From Octopus vulgaris (Eukaryota): a stretch of 64,000 nt of DNA. Below the pieces are notes generated by a model. The model saw nothing but the letters and a program-made list of their open reading frames with translations. It did no database searches and was not told the DNA's origin. The translations under genes were made by a program, and so were the position numbers. The stretch lies in NCBI GenBank assembly GCA_951406725.2, contig OX597831.1, forward strand, positions 52,080,001 through 52,144,000. Reading direction: 5' to 3'. Below are positions 14,030 to 26,410 of the stretch, piece after piece (the stretch's first letter is position 1; each line of letters opens with the position of its first letter).

Positions 14030-14850
14030 CTATTATTGATATTGATGACCGCAGTATCAGTGGTGTGGATGTTGGCCAGTTGATTTACTGTTGTGACTAC
14101 ATGGATGATGTTGATGCTGGTCAGTTGATTTATTCTAACAACCACTTGGTTGGTGTAGATGTTGGCCAACTGAATTATTGTAGTGACTACATGGATGGTG
14201 TGAATTTTGATCAACTGATTGGTTGTAGTGACCACATGGAAAGTGTGATGTTGGTCAACTGATTAACTGCAGTAGCCAATTTGATGGTGTGGATGTTGGT
14301 CAGTTGATTATCATGAGAGATTTGGCATGAATGATTGTCATGTGATTTTCGTGATCTCTTGGTGTGGATGTTTTATTCGATGGTTTTTCATAGTGTCTAT
14401 TGCCATTAATAGCCGATGAGAATGCATTGTAGCCCTTCGCTCTGGCATTTGAAACTCTGAGTACTATTACGACAGCATACTGATTATTGTAACTCTACTT
14501 ATATATATATACTTGTTTGTGAAGACAAGCTGATTGTAGCGATCACATCATATAGATATTAATCATTGTTTATAAAGACCATGTCATGTAGATATTGAGC
14601 ACTGTTTGTAATTAACCATGTCATTGGTGTCAATGTTGGTCAGCTGATAATAGTGACCACATGATTGGCATAGATGTTGGTCAGCTGAATTTTGTAATCA
14701 CATGATTGACGTAGTTGTTGGTCAGCTGATTTTACTGACCACATGATTAACATAGATATTGCTCAGCTGATTGTAGTGACCACATGATTGGTATAGATGT
14801 TGGTCAGCTGTTTGTAATGATCATGTAATTGATTCGAATATTGGTACCTG
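14030..14850. repeat. Degenerate ~42-45 bp minisatellite (GATGTTGGTCAGCTGATTGTAGTGACCACATG core)
   Basis: Core repeated more than ten times; interrupted by a hammerhead-bearing insert. Confidence 0.8.
14402..14473 (+). ncRNA. Hammerhead ribozyme motif with one core substitution (CCGAUGA)
   Basis: Same family as 57040-57110: stem II GAAUGC/GCAUUU, GAAA, CUCUGAG, GUA site, stem I UAAUAG/CUAUUA. Confidence 0.7.
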
Positions 14851-15568
14851 ACAACATGGTGCCAGTTCTGTGGGTTATTATATTTATATTCTCTCCTTTT
14901 CAATTCTACCTGATATATTGTTAAGTGAGCTTCTCCATTCTACTTTCACACAAGTGGATGTCTGTGTATGCTAATGTTTTATATATGAGAGTATATGTAT
15001 ATATTGTATGTTGTTATGTTTGTTTCCAATGCTTATATGAGGTATATGTCTGTATATGTTAACAATTCCTATGTAATGTACATAGCTGGGTATGTTTGCA
15101 GTTTGTTCATTGTAATAAATGTCTATGCTGACAATTACATCATGTTGTACATATCTAGATATATTGACAGCTGTGTCATCTAATACAGTACCAGATCACA
15201 TATCCAAGAGACTTGGGATCGGAAGTTGCCTAGATTTCTGGATTTTCTGAAGACAGCCTCAATATATACTTGAAATATAAAATGAACTATGGAAAGTAAA
15301 GAACTAAATTGTATCTAACATATTCAAATTAATACATTTCTAAAGCAGGGTCCATTTGATATCTATTGATCCACTTAAAATTCATTCTTAAAATATATCA
15401 CACTGTACCATGTATCCAGTATAATGTTTATAATCTGAAAATTAAATGAAGGGAAGTAAAGTACATGATCTCATCTAACAGATACAGGTACACATTAAAA
15501 CTGTACAAATTAATACATTTCTGAAGCAGAGTATGTTTAATCTTCATTAATCTACATAAAAAGTAAAT

Positions 15569-15957
15569 AGGCGCAGGAGTGGCTGTGTGGTAAGTAGCTT
15601 GCTTACCAACCACATAGTTCCGGGTTCAGTCCCACTATGTGACACCTTGGGCGTGTGTCTTCTACTATAGCTCAGGCCGACCAAAGCCTTGTGAGTGGAT
15701 TTGGTAAACAGAAACTGAAAGAAGCCCGTCGTATATATGTATATATGTGTGTGTGTGTGTGTCTGTGCTTGTCCCCCCCACCATCGCTTGACAACCGATG
15801 CTGGTGTGTTTACGTCCCCATTAACTTAGCGGTTTGGCAAAAGAGACTGATAGAATAAGTACTAGGCTTCCAAAGAATAAGTCCTGGGGTCGATTTGCTC
15901 GACTAAAGGTGGTGCTCCTGCATGACCACAGTCAAATGACTGAAATAAGTAAAGAGT
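15569..15957 (+). mobile_element. Dominant-family SINE
   Basis: Full-length copy of the 5409 family. Confidence 0.85.
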
Positions 15958-16139
15958 AGCAAAACTATTTTTAACACACCATGTGCAAATTAACCAACTT
16001 CAATCCAGTATTCCTGGATTTCTCAAAATTCTGAATTTCTAGAAGCTGGATAAGAGGTCTGTTTCTGTTCATGTTTCAGCTGTGTTGCTTGTTAAAATGT
16101 GTAAGCCATGTAACTTATATAAATTTACCATTTCTGCAG

Positions 16140-16265
16140 ACAAATGCACTGATGAGCCTTAACTATGAAACAGGGGAAGTGGCACGACTAAAGTCTGAAT
16201 ATTTACCAGAGATTGCAATAGAGAAGAGGAAATTCCTGCAGTATGGTGTTAAACCAAAAAAGAAT
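16140..16265 (+). CDS. VWA8: VWA8 exon 4 (TNALMSLNYETGEVARL..KPKKN)
   Basis: ctgcag acceptor and gtgagt donor; phase 0 to 0; open frame. Confidence 0.8.
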
Positions 16266-16500
16266 GTGAGTGTCCCTTTTCCTTAATTTATTCTTTATCA
16301 ATTAGCTCACTTTTAGTTGTTAATTAATTATGTTCTGGTTGTGTGGTTAAGAAGCTTGCTTTGCAACCACATGGTTTTGGGTTCAGTCCTACTGCATGGC
16401 ACCTGCAACAAATGTTTTCTGCTATAACTCTGGGTTGACCAATGCCTTATGAGTGAATTAGGCAGACAGAAACTGTAAGTCCATTATATCTATTACACAC

Positions 16501-16541
<41 letters not shown>

Positions 16542-16634
16542 AGTAAGCACATGTTTATATACATGTACTTGCTATACATATATATTGGTATATATATACA
16601 TTATATATATATACACGCATATATACATACATAC

Positions 16635-16710
<76 letters not shown>

Positions 16711-17278
16711 CACACACACGCGCACACACACACACACACACACATATATATACACATACATATATATAAATATATCTACCTATCTAGGTTGTCCCTCAGG
16801 ATGCCCCATGACTGTTTCCACATGTTTTCCCCATTCATTTCGATCTTCCATAATGGTCCTCAGCTCCTGTACCCCTTCCATACCAGAATCCTCCAACAAG
16901 TCGATATTGGTCATCTTTCTCCTTCCTCTCCTGGTTCTTCCTTCCATTAGTTACCAGAGCACTAACTCGTTAGCAATTTCTTTGGTACATCTGATGCAGT
17001 GTCCAGCTAGCCTCATCCTTCTGTGCTGTATCTTCAATGTTACTTTTGGTAGTCTCTGGTATAAAAGCTGTGACACGAGGAGATATTGATAAATCAGATA
17101 TAGCTGATCATGTATGGAAAAGCACTACTGAGAATACGAAAACTAAAAGAAGCAGCTAGGACATAATAACCTCCTAAAGCAGACCAAGTGCAGATATGAG
17201 TAGCATATGGGAACCAGTATTAAGGAAGGATAGGAAAATAGATTTATAAGCCCTAAAATTCACTCCATAATTGCCCAC

Positions 17279-17540
17279 GGGCATATGGCGTAGTGATTAA
17301 AAGCATGGGCTACTAACCCCTAGATTCCGAGTTTGATTCCAGGCAGTGACCTGAATAATAATAATAATAATATTATTAATAATAATAATAATAATAATAG
17401 TAACATCGAAAAATACCTAAGGAATGCGAACCCAGGTTCGAAATTTCCCCAAGACACCTGATGAAGGCAGGAGAGTATATCAGCTGAAATGTTGCGTTAA
17501 CAACAAACAAGATGAGGACAAATATCCGTCAAATGTAAAT
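17279..17540 (+). mobile_element. tRNA-headed element with an (AAT)n linker and a hammerhead-like motif (17453-17498)
   Basis: A box TGGCGTAGTGA at 17286 and B box GTTTGATTCC at 17331; GACAC-CUGAUGA-A-GGC..GCU-GAAA-UG-UU-GCGUU. Confidence 0.6.
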
Positions 17541-17752
17541 AGATACTGATAGAATAAGTACTAGGCTTCCAAAGAATAAGTCCTGAGGTTGATTTGTTCG
17601 GCTAAAGGTGGTGCTCCAGCATGGCCACAGTCAAATGACTGAAACAAGTAAAAAGATAAAAGAGATAAAAGATATATATATATATCATCACCGTGACCGA
17701 CCAGGCTATCAGATGTTGTTACACATCGCTGGTCACAATGCGTTCGCATTGT

Positions 17753-17839
17753 TTTAGCTGATGAATACTTGACATTATATTTGCTGTAATATTTGCAGCT
17801 TTAAATAAAATGTTCTTAGTATGAAACAATTGTACTAAA
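17753..17839 (+). ncRNA. Type-I hammerhead ribozyme motif with complete core
   Basis: Stem I UUUAG/CUAAA; CUGAUGA; long stem II closed by AUACU/AGUAU; GAAA; palindromic stem III ACAAUUGU; GUA site. Confidence 0.78.
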
Positions 17840-17870
17840 CTACTGATCCATTCTTGTTACTTTTTTCTTG

Positions 17871-17921
<51 letters not shown>

Positions 17922-17923
17922 AG

Positions 17924-18688
17924 GATGTATTATTACCATTATTAATGATATTAATAAGGTAATAATAAGGTGGCCATCAAGTTCACACCATTACAAGCAC
18001 AATATAAGGCAAATTTAGATACAGTAGGGTATATAATACCACTTGCTAAAATCAGAGCCAAGGCTCAAAAGGCACCAGAAACTCACAATAAAGATATATA
18101 TGAGCAATGCAATGAACATATGGGGAAAAGGCTTACCTTTGCATTGAATACATCAGTAAGTAATGTATATTTCAATGTCAATTGATTTCACCCTCTGTAT
18201 GACCAGCATACTTTGGGATCTTCAGTTGAAAATAACTTTTTAACATTCTATTTCTAAAATATGCACTACATTAGCTCGTGTGTGTTCCTTACTTTAAACA
18301 TCCTGCTCCGTTTAAAAGAAAACTATTGTGAGGAAGAATAAATTTTCAATATAGATGTATTATTACCGTTATTAATGATATATATTAATGAGGTAATGAT
18401 AAGGTGGCCAGCAAATTCAGGTATATAACACCACTTGCTAAAACCAGAGCCAAGGCTCCAAAACCACCAAAGCCTCACAATAAAGATACACACGAATATG
18501 TTGGTCGTACAGAGGGTGAAATCAATTGGCATTGAAATATACATTACTTACTGATGTATTCAATGCAAAGGTAAGCCTATTTCTCATATGTTCATTGCAT
18601 TGTTCATGTGTATCTTTATTGTGAGTTTCTGATGGTTTTCGAACTTTGGCTTTGATTTTAGCAAGTGGTATTATATACCCTACTGTAT
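17924..18688. repeat. Three copies of one unit (two direct, one inverted) carrying a hammerhead-like motif; Penelope pseudo-LTR-like
   Basis: 17924-18231 and 18355-18491 are direct copies; 18496-18688 is inverted; minus-strand CUGAAGA..GAAA motif at 18170-18231. Confidence 0.75.
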
Positions 18689-18719
18689 ATATATATATAT
18701 ATACATACACATACACACA

Positions 18720-18793
<74 letters not shown>

Positions 18794-18992
18794 ATATATA
18801 TTATATATATATATCATTTATATATAATATGTATATGTTTATATAAAAAATATATATATAATATATAAATATATATATATATATATACATACATACACCC
18901 ACATACATACACCCACATACATACACACACACAAATACACATACATATATATACATATATATATTTATATAAACTCTCTATTCTATTGCCAG

Positions 18993-19060
18993 AATCCATT
19001 TGTCATGCTTGGTTCCACTCTACCAGATTCCAACATTATCACCTTTTACAAAGAAAACAG
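18993..19060 (+). CDS. VWA8: VWA8 exon 5 (NPFVMLGSTLPDSNIITFYKEN)
   Basis: tgccag acceptor and AG|gtaaat donor; phase 0 to 2 exactly bridges the flanking exons. Confidence 0.8.
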
Positions 19061-19719
19061 GTAAATAAATCTTCATTACTTAATTAAACTGACCAAATTA
19101 AACGAGATTTTGTTTCATTTTTGTTTTCTTTTCTTGTTTTGTGTTTGATTTTTTTTTTGTTTTTACAACAAAGCATCAAAATTTTTGGATGTGTAGGCGA
19201 GGATGAGTAGGAAGTTGTAACATTAATGCTTTTTCTAAGAGCATCAATAATGTTTAGTGAAGTGAGATGAATGCAGTTAGTTAAGGACAATTAACCCTGA
19301 CTCAGAGCATTTTCCAAAAATATTCTGGCTGCAGCCATCTTGTAGTCTTAGAGGGTCACCTAGCTTGGGTGTATTTAATGTGTGTCTTTATTGTTAAAGA
19401 TGGCTAGATATGATTTAAGGGATTTCTGCTGTTCAAGCTGGTTGAGCAATCATCTAGAGGTTCCTGGTAGCTGTTGGGTTAGACTCTTCGGTCATCTCTC
19501 ACAGGTCAATATCACTGTTATTTCTTCTTCCCATGTATGTGACCTTTGTGTGGATGTTAAAATTCATCATCATCATCTTCATTTAGCATCCACTTTCCAT
19601 GCTGGCATGGGTTGACTGGAACTGGTAAGCCAGAGAGCTTTACAAGATTCCAGTTTGATTCGGCATGGTTTCTATGGCTGGATGCCTTTCCTTGATGAGT
19701 ATAGCGGGTGCTTTTACAT

Positions 19720-19990
19720 GACACCAGCACAGATACTTTTACGTATTATTGCCACGGGGGCAATTACATGTCACTGACATGTATGCTGCTATGTGTCACT
19801 GGCATGGGTACTTTTACATGTTACCTGCACAGGTGCCATTACATGTCACTGACATGAGTGCTATTATGTGTCACCGGCACAGATGCTTTATGTGCCACTG
19901 GCACAGGTGCTTTGCATGTCACCTGCATGGGTGCTATTACATGTCACTGACATGAATACTAGTATGTGTCACTGACATGGGTGCTTTTTC
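19720..19990. repeat. ~24 bp tandem repeat (TACATGTCACTGACATGGGTGCTAT-like) inside a SINE-like element
   Basis: About ten degenerate units; a similar array lies at 46205-46360. Confidence 0.7.
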
Positions 19991-20354
19991 ATCATCATCA
20001 TTTTTAAAAAATATACTTTTCCATACTTGCATGGGTTGGATGGAGTTTACCAAGGCAAATTTTCTACAGCCAAGCACTCTTCCTATCACCAACCCTTATT
20101 TGTTTTTCAAAGAAGGCAGTATTTCTGTGTAAACCATGGTCAGATAAGTTTATACAGAATGTTGGAAATGAATGACGTTTGTTTACAACAATTAAGCAAT
20201 ATCAAGATAAGGAAACACAAACATACTCACACTCACACGTAACTAGCACTCCATCAGTTATGATAGCAAGAGTCACTTCCCTCATAAAAACTATAAAAAT
20301 CAACACATAAAAGTGTATGTATGTATACATATAGTTAATATTTGAATGTCTGGT

Positions 20355-20560
20355 GAAGGTGCATGGCTCAGTGGTTAGAGTGTTGGACTGACAATCATGA
20401 GGTAGTGAGTTCAATTCTCAGACTGGGCTGTGTGTTGTGTTCTTGAACAAGATACTTTATTTCCTATTGCTCTAGTTCACTCAGCTGTAGAAATGAGTTG
20501 CCCTTTTTGCCTTTACTATGGACAACATTGGTGGCATGGAGAAAGGAAACTGGTGGGTGT
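20355..20560 (+). mobile_element. Second tRNA-derived SINE family (GGTGCATGGCTCAGTGGTTAGAG head)
   Basis: A/B boxes plus GTTGTGTTCTTGAGCAAG central domain; other copies near 28845-29160, 36101-36410 and 39815-40135. Confidence 0.75.
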
Positions 20561-20702
20561 GGTTTAAAGTAGGGGCTCAACAAAATAAAGAACTAAGTTA
20601 TGTACTGGGGTTGATTTAATTAACTACAACTTCCTCACTTCCAAAATTTGTTATTTTCCAATGTTGTTGTTGTTGCTACTGCTACCACCAACACCACTAC
20701 CT

Positions 20703-20735
<33 letters not shown>

Positions 20736-20765
20736 TGTTATTCTCATTTTCCTTCTTCAATCTAG

Positions 20766-20891
20766 TGACACTGTTATTCTTGTCGACCCACTCCAGTGTC
20801 TCTCTCACCAAGTCATTCTGCCAGTGAAAATCCGCTGCCTTCAGATTGTCGACGCCAATAAATGGATTATTACGGACTCCAGTACTAACCA
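20766..20891 (+). CDS. VWA8: VWA8 exon 6 (DTVILVDPLQCLSHQVILPVKIRCLQIVDANKWIITDSSTN)
   Basis: tctag acceptor and gtaagt donor; phase 2 to 2; KW....S.TNQ motif continues into KYLLT in the next exon. Confidence 0.85.
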
Positions 20892-21984
20892 GTAAGTTTG
20901 TTGATTCTTTCTTCCTTTCTTTCTTTCCTTCTTTCTGTCCATTTATTCACCCCCACCAGACCCCTTGCCCTTCTTCCCCCACCACTGCATTGTCTGCTCT
21001 AGAATAAAGAATATATCAAACAAATGCCATTTTCCCCTCTCTCCCTTCTCTCCTTTCTGTCCCAAAATATTGTTTTAGAAAGAGAGAGAGAGTAAGAGAG
21101 TGAGTGAGAGAGAGGGAGAGAGAAATTGAAATTTGCTCCCCCCTACCTCTTTCCAAATGTCTGATACAAAATAAGACATATAAATCAACAAATATCATTT
21201 TCCCCTTTTACCTTACTTTCCCCTTTTCTTTCTGTTTAAAACAATTGGTTTTTGTTGTTTTTTTTAAAGAGAAGGAGAGTGACAGAGAGGGAGAGAAAGA
21301 GTGAGAAAGAAATTGAGAAAAATTCTTCATATTTTTTCCTTTCTTTCTTTGTCCTAAAACAATTGTTCTGGAGCAAAAAGACATAGAGAGAGAAGGAAAG
21401 AATGAGTCTGTGAGAGTGAGAGAGAAAGTAAGAGTCTGTAAGAGAGAGATAGAGAGAGAAAGAGAGTGTGAGACAGAAAGTTGAAAGATTCCTCTCCACT
21501 TCCTATCTCCAGCCCCCCCACCCAATATTTTCCCAATAAATCTGTCAACATTTTTTTTTTCTTTTAAAAGTTCAACTTTTCTTTTAATTATTTTGTTGAA
21601 TTTTATTTATTATACCATATTTTTTTGTGTGTTTGCTTTTTTTTTTTTATTACTTTCGAATTATTTTGTGTTGTATTGTGTTGTTGTTTCATGGGGATAG
21701 GCATGGGCAGATGGCAGGGTGCTATTTTTATTGTCCTGTTATTGTTCTGTGTATGTATGTTTGTTTGTTTGTTTGTGTGTGTGTGTGTGTGCATTGTGTT
21801 TTGTTTGTTTTCTGCTTTTTTTTTATCCAATATCTCATTTATTTATACTTTTATTAAAATTCTCACACTCACATGCATACATGCATTCATATTCAGATGT
21901 AGACATGTATACATATGCATATTTGCTTATGTATATTGGTATATTTTTTAACACAGCACAATCACATACATCTATGCATACACC

Positions 21985-22018
<34 letters not shown>

Positions 22019-22070
22019 GTATGCACATACCATATAAATATGGTGTATGGGTATATATATCTGTGTGTGT

Positions 22071-22121
<51 letters not shown>

Positions 22122-22195
22122 ATGCCAAATGTAAATGTATGTTTATGTATTTTTTAATGTGGTACATATTTGCACATACATGCTTGCACATATAT

Positions 22196-22237
<42 letters not shown>

Positions 22238-22720
22238 TATACACTCTAACACAAGCACACACACGTGTACATGTAAGCATGCATGCTTGTATGTTTTTTT
22301 TTAAACATGATACTCACACACGCATAAGCACACACATTTATATATGCAAGCACACACACACACACATACACACATGCATGTATGATTTCTCTTTATTTTG
22401 TACAAACACTTATTTGCACACACATATTTGATATTTAATTTTTTATATTTGATTTTTATATTTTAATTTTTTTTGCCTATATATCAAAAAAAAAAAAACA
22501 GTAATAATATGTATATTTTTTTTAAAATAAATAAACTAACAACATAGTCATCAAGAATAACATCAATAACAAACAACAACTGGAATGACATTAACATAAT
22601 CACACTTGCAGGAATTGAAGAAAACGGTGAAAAATATATTTTTAGTAGGAAAAGAAGAGATTATATGGGGAGATAGGGGTTTGGATTAGCAAGAAGGGAT
22701 AGATAGATAGATAGATAGAT

Positions 22721-22759
<39 letters not shown>

Positions 22760-22769
22760 AAGATACATA

Positions 22770-23151
22770 GTCCTTTATTCTTTCACTTGTCATTTGATGT
22801 GGCCATGCTGGGGCACTGCCTTGAAGGATTTTACTCAAACAAATCAACCTCAGGACTTATTTCTTAGGCCTAGTACTTACTCTATCAGTCTCTTTTGCTG
22901 AACCACTAAGTCAGAGGGATGTAAACACACTAACACTGGCTTTCAAGTGGTGATGGGTGGACAAATACACACACACACACACACATAAAATGGATTTCTT
23001 TCAGTTTCTATCTACTAAATCCACTCAGAAGGCTTTGGCCTGCTCAAGGCTATAGTAGAAGACATCTGGCCGAGGTGCCATGCTGTGGGACTGAAACTGG
23101 AACCATGTGGTTGGGAAGCAAGCTTCTTACCACACAGACATGCCTGCACCT
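22770..23151 (-). mobile_element. Dominant-family SINE
   Basis: Reverse-complement copy next to a (GATA)n tract. Confidence 0.8.
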
Positions 23152-24289
23152 ATAGAGAGTTGCTTTGGAACATAAGCAATTGGATAAATAGCTAGGTAGA
23201 TAGATAGATACACACACACACACCTACACACACATATGTGGGTCTTCTCATCCCTCTAGGTAAGTAGTACTCCCAAATACTTGCTGGTGACTGTGATTAC
23301 TCATCCAACTCATGCTAGAATGGGAAGTGTATGTAAAATGATGATGATGGATAGATAGATAGAGGGATTGTAGTGTTATATTATGTATGGAGAAATGGTG
23401 TACTGGTGAGGAAAGAGAGAGAGGAGAGGGAGATTTTAATCTAGATGAAATCTGAGTTTTAGATAATTGTACAACAACAATAACAGCAGCAGCAACATCA
23501 TCATCATTATCATCATCATCATCATCAACCTTAACAGCAGCAGCAACTGTTGCAAAAAAAGAAAAAAAAAACAATTGCAAAAATGAAACTAGAAAACAAA
23601 AACAACATAAGCAACAACAAAATTTAAAGTTAAAGATGAAAAATAAAAACAAAACAAAAAAAAACAAAACAATGGCAACCATTGACCCCCCCCTCCACAA
23701 AAGAAGTATTTTATAAAGCAGCAAAATTTAATGTAAATAAATTGAGTTCGAAGGAGTGGGTATGGTAGGAAACATGGATTAAATATGTATTTTTGTGATG
23801 AAAAACCAAAAAAAATAGAGGAGACAGCAACAATAACAACAAACACAAAAATGTAAACTTCTGCAACAAGAACAACATTTAAAACAAACCTGCAATGTAA
23901 CATGGGAAATACTTTTTTTGAGTTAAACAACAAAAAATACAAACAAACAAATAAATACAACTAAAAACAAAAATACAGCAACACAATATAACAACAAACA
24001 GTACAACTACAAACAATACAACAACAACGACAACAACAACAACAGTATATAAACAAACCCTCCCAAAAAAAACACAATATATAATACGAGATAACATATG
24101 AAGTTTGATTTTAAGCTACAAAAACATGAAGAAGAAGAACAACAGCAGCAACAACACATACATAGTAGTATACGCACCACCACCACCAACAACAACAACA
24201 ACACATACATAGTACACACAACAACAGCCTTTGAACAAACTTTGCATAATATGGAATAAACAACATACAACAGAAAATAAACTTTGAGT

Positions 24290-24305
24290 TTAACAGCAGC
24301 GGCAG

Positions 24306-24371
<66 letters not shown>

Positions 24372-24535
24372 TCACCACCACCACTACTACCACCACCACC
24401 AATACTACTACTACTACAACTACTACCACCACCATCACCACCACTACCACCACCACCAATACTACTACTACTACTACTACTATCACCACCACCACCACCA
24501 TTACTACCACCACCGTCGCCGCTGCTGCTGCTGCA
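24290..24535. repeat. Compound (ACT)n/(ACC)n trinucleotide array
   Basis: Directly visible; produces spurious poly-T and poly-V ORFs. Confidence 0.9.
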
Positions 24536-25828
24536 CAAGCATAGTGCAGAACAACAACAATAGTGAATGAATGAAAAAGTACCATGCACATTACAGTACA
24601 GAACGGTACAGAAATATGTAAATCTTAAGTTGTATGCAGTATGAAAGCCTGAGAAATGAAACACCCCACCTCCCATCCCATCCCTGCCACCGATCTTCCT
24701 GGAGAAACAAGAAGAAAAAATAGCCACAATAATGACAGCAGCAAACAAAAACAGCGATGGCAGCAACAGCAGCAGAAACAATAAGAAAAAACCATACAAA
24801 GAGAGGGCAGAGTGGAACGGTAGGTTTAAGGTGAAGAGAAAGAAGTGTGAAAGAATAAAAAAAAAATATGAAATGAAAGCAATGTTTTTAAGTGAAGAAG
24901 AAAGAAACCTGAGCAAAAACAGATTAATTTTTAGTGTCAACTTTATTTATATGATAACTCATCACTTTTCTTTTAAACTGTGCATGGAAAGCGCATTAAG
25001 GTTTGCAGAAATCTTGTTACAATTGTTATTTGCTATTGTTGCCGTGGTTATTGTTGTTGCTGTTGTTGCTGTTATTGTTAGTTTGTCTGTCTTGCATCTC
25101 TTCCCCCCCCACCCGCCCTGTACCCAATGTCTTCATCCTCGGTCGATCGAATCGATTGTTATTTTTTAAGTCTGGTAAAGTCTTGGCTTTGAAATAACAG
25201 AAAAAAATTTAAATATATAAAGAATAGGCGTTAGCATAGCCATCTGGTTAAGAAGTTTGATGCACAACTGCGTGGTTCTGAGTTCAGTCCCACTGCATGA
25301 CACTTTGTGCAAGTGTCTTCTATAATACTGTAACTTTGAGTTGACTAATGCTTTGTGTGTGGAATTTGGAAGATGAAAACTCATACATACATGTTGAAGC
25401 TCATACATACATATATACATACATACATACATACATAGGTGCAAGAGTGGCTGTGTGGTAAGAAGTTTGCTTCCCAACCACATGGTTCCAGGTTCAGTCC
25501 CACTGCTTGACACCTTGGCCAAGTGTCTTCTACTATAGTGTCAGGCTGACTAAAGCCTTGTGAATGGACTTGGTAGATGGAAACTGAAAGAAGTTTATTG
25601 TATGTATATATACATTTGCCATGATAGATTGCTAACCACTAAACCTTTTTTATTTTCTCTCCCTGTTTATTTGTGTTCCTTTCAATCAAAGAGCGCAGGC
25701 TCAAAACGTAAAAGACTTTCTCACTTCCTGAGCGTTAAACTAATACATCTGTTTGTTCTTTACACACCCGACTTCGTCCAACCCGTGCTAGCACGGAAAA
25801 CGGACGTTAAACGATGATGATGATGATA

Positions 25829-25859
<31 letters not shown>

Positions 25860-26410
25860 CAGGTCACTTTCGAGTGCTACTGGTAATATGTAACCCAGTA
25901 CAACCTGTTGCATGGTCAGGTCGTTGGCGACTAAACCGGCAACCCCACCAAGCTTGCTTGGTGAGGAGGGTGTTTATTGGACACCCTGTGGGATGAAAAA
26001 CAAAACCCGTCAAAGGGTGGAGAAACTCTTGAGAGTCAACAGCCATTCAATAAATGTCTTAAGGCTGTATCATGCATGGGCACATAGAAATAATCAGACT
26101 GAAAACCCGATCGCGCGGTTAAACCATTGGGAGGGAAGGACTCCTAGCCTTTGTTAGGGCATCCTTCTAGGAGAAGGTAACTCAGGTAACTGAGATAACT
26201 CCGACATAAAACCTGCAGCTCAGTGGTTACCGATGATGTTGGCTTGTTCTTCTTTTCGGATTATGGCTGCTGTTGCTTAGTGAGTGGGATTGACTCAGTG
26301 CACAGCCTTTCCTCACTTTAAAAAAAAATCTTCTTGCATAGGCATTGCACGGTAACAACATTGATTAAGCTTCATGCAATGGCCATACTCGATAACGAGG
26401 GGGCAGCCAC
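25860..26410 (+). mobile_element. RTE-type 5' UTR-like repeat
   Basis: Contains AGGGCATCCTTCTAGGAGAAGGTAACTC..ATAAAACC, similar to the conserved RTE 5' UTR motif as I recall it; GC-richer than its flanks. Confidence 0.45.

Noticed and set aside
13999-14262. Repetitive ORFs on both strands (DVGQLI repeats)
   Set aside because: They derive from the intronic minisatellite, and the frame breaks in adjacent units.
16150-16175. CTGATGAG...GAAAC inside VWA8 exon 4
   Set aside because: Stems II and III cannot pair and there is no UH site; a coincidence of codons.
17279-17352. Possible tRNA gene
   Set aside because: No acceptor stem or poly-T terminator; it runs into a repeat body, so it is treated as a SINE-type head. 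The same applies to the other SINE heads.
21016-25197. Many 60-216 aa ORFs (poly-V, poly-T, poly-S/G, YI/CV repeats)
   Set aside because: Translations of microsatellites, with no domain content or splice support.
25900-26050. Possible HDV-like ribozyme in the RTE 5' UTR-like repeat
   Set aside because: RTE 5' ends can carry one, but I could not assign P1-P4 or the catalytic C by eye; a descriptor search is needed.
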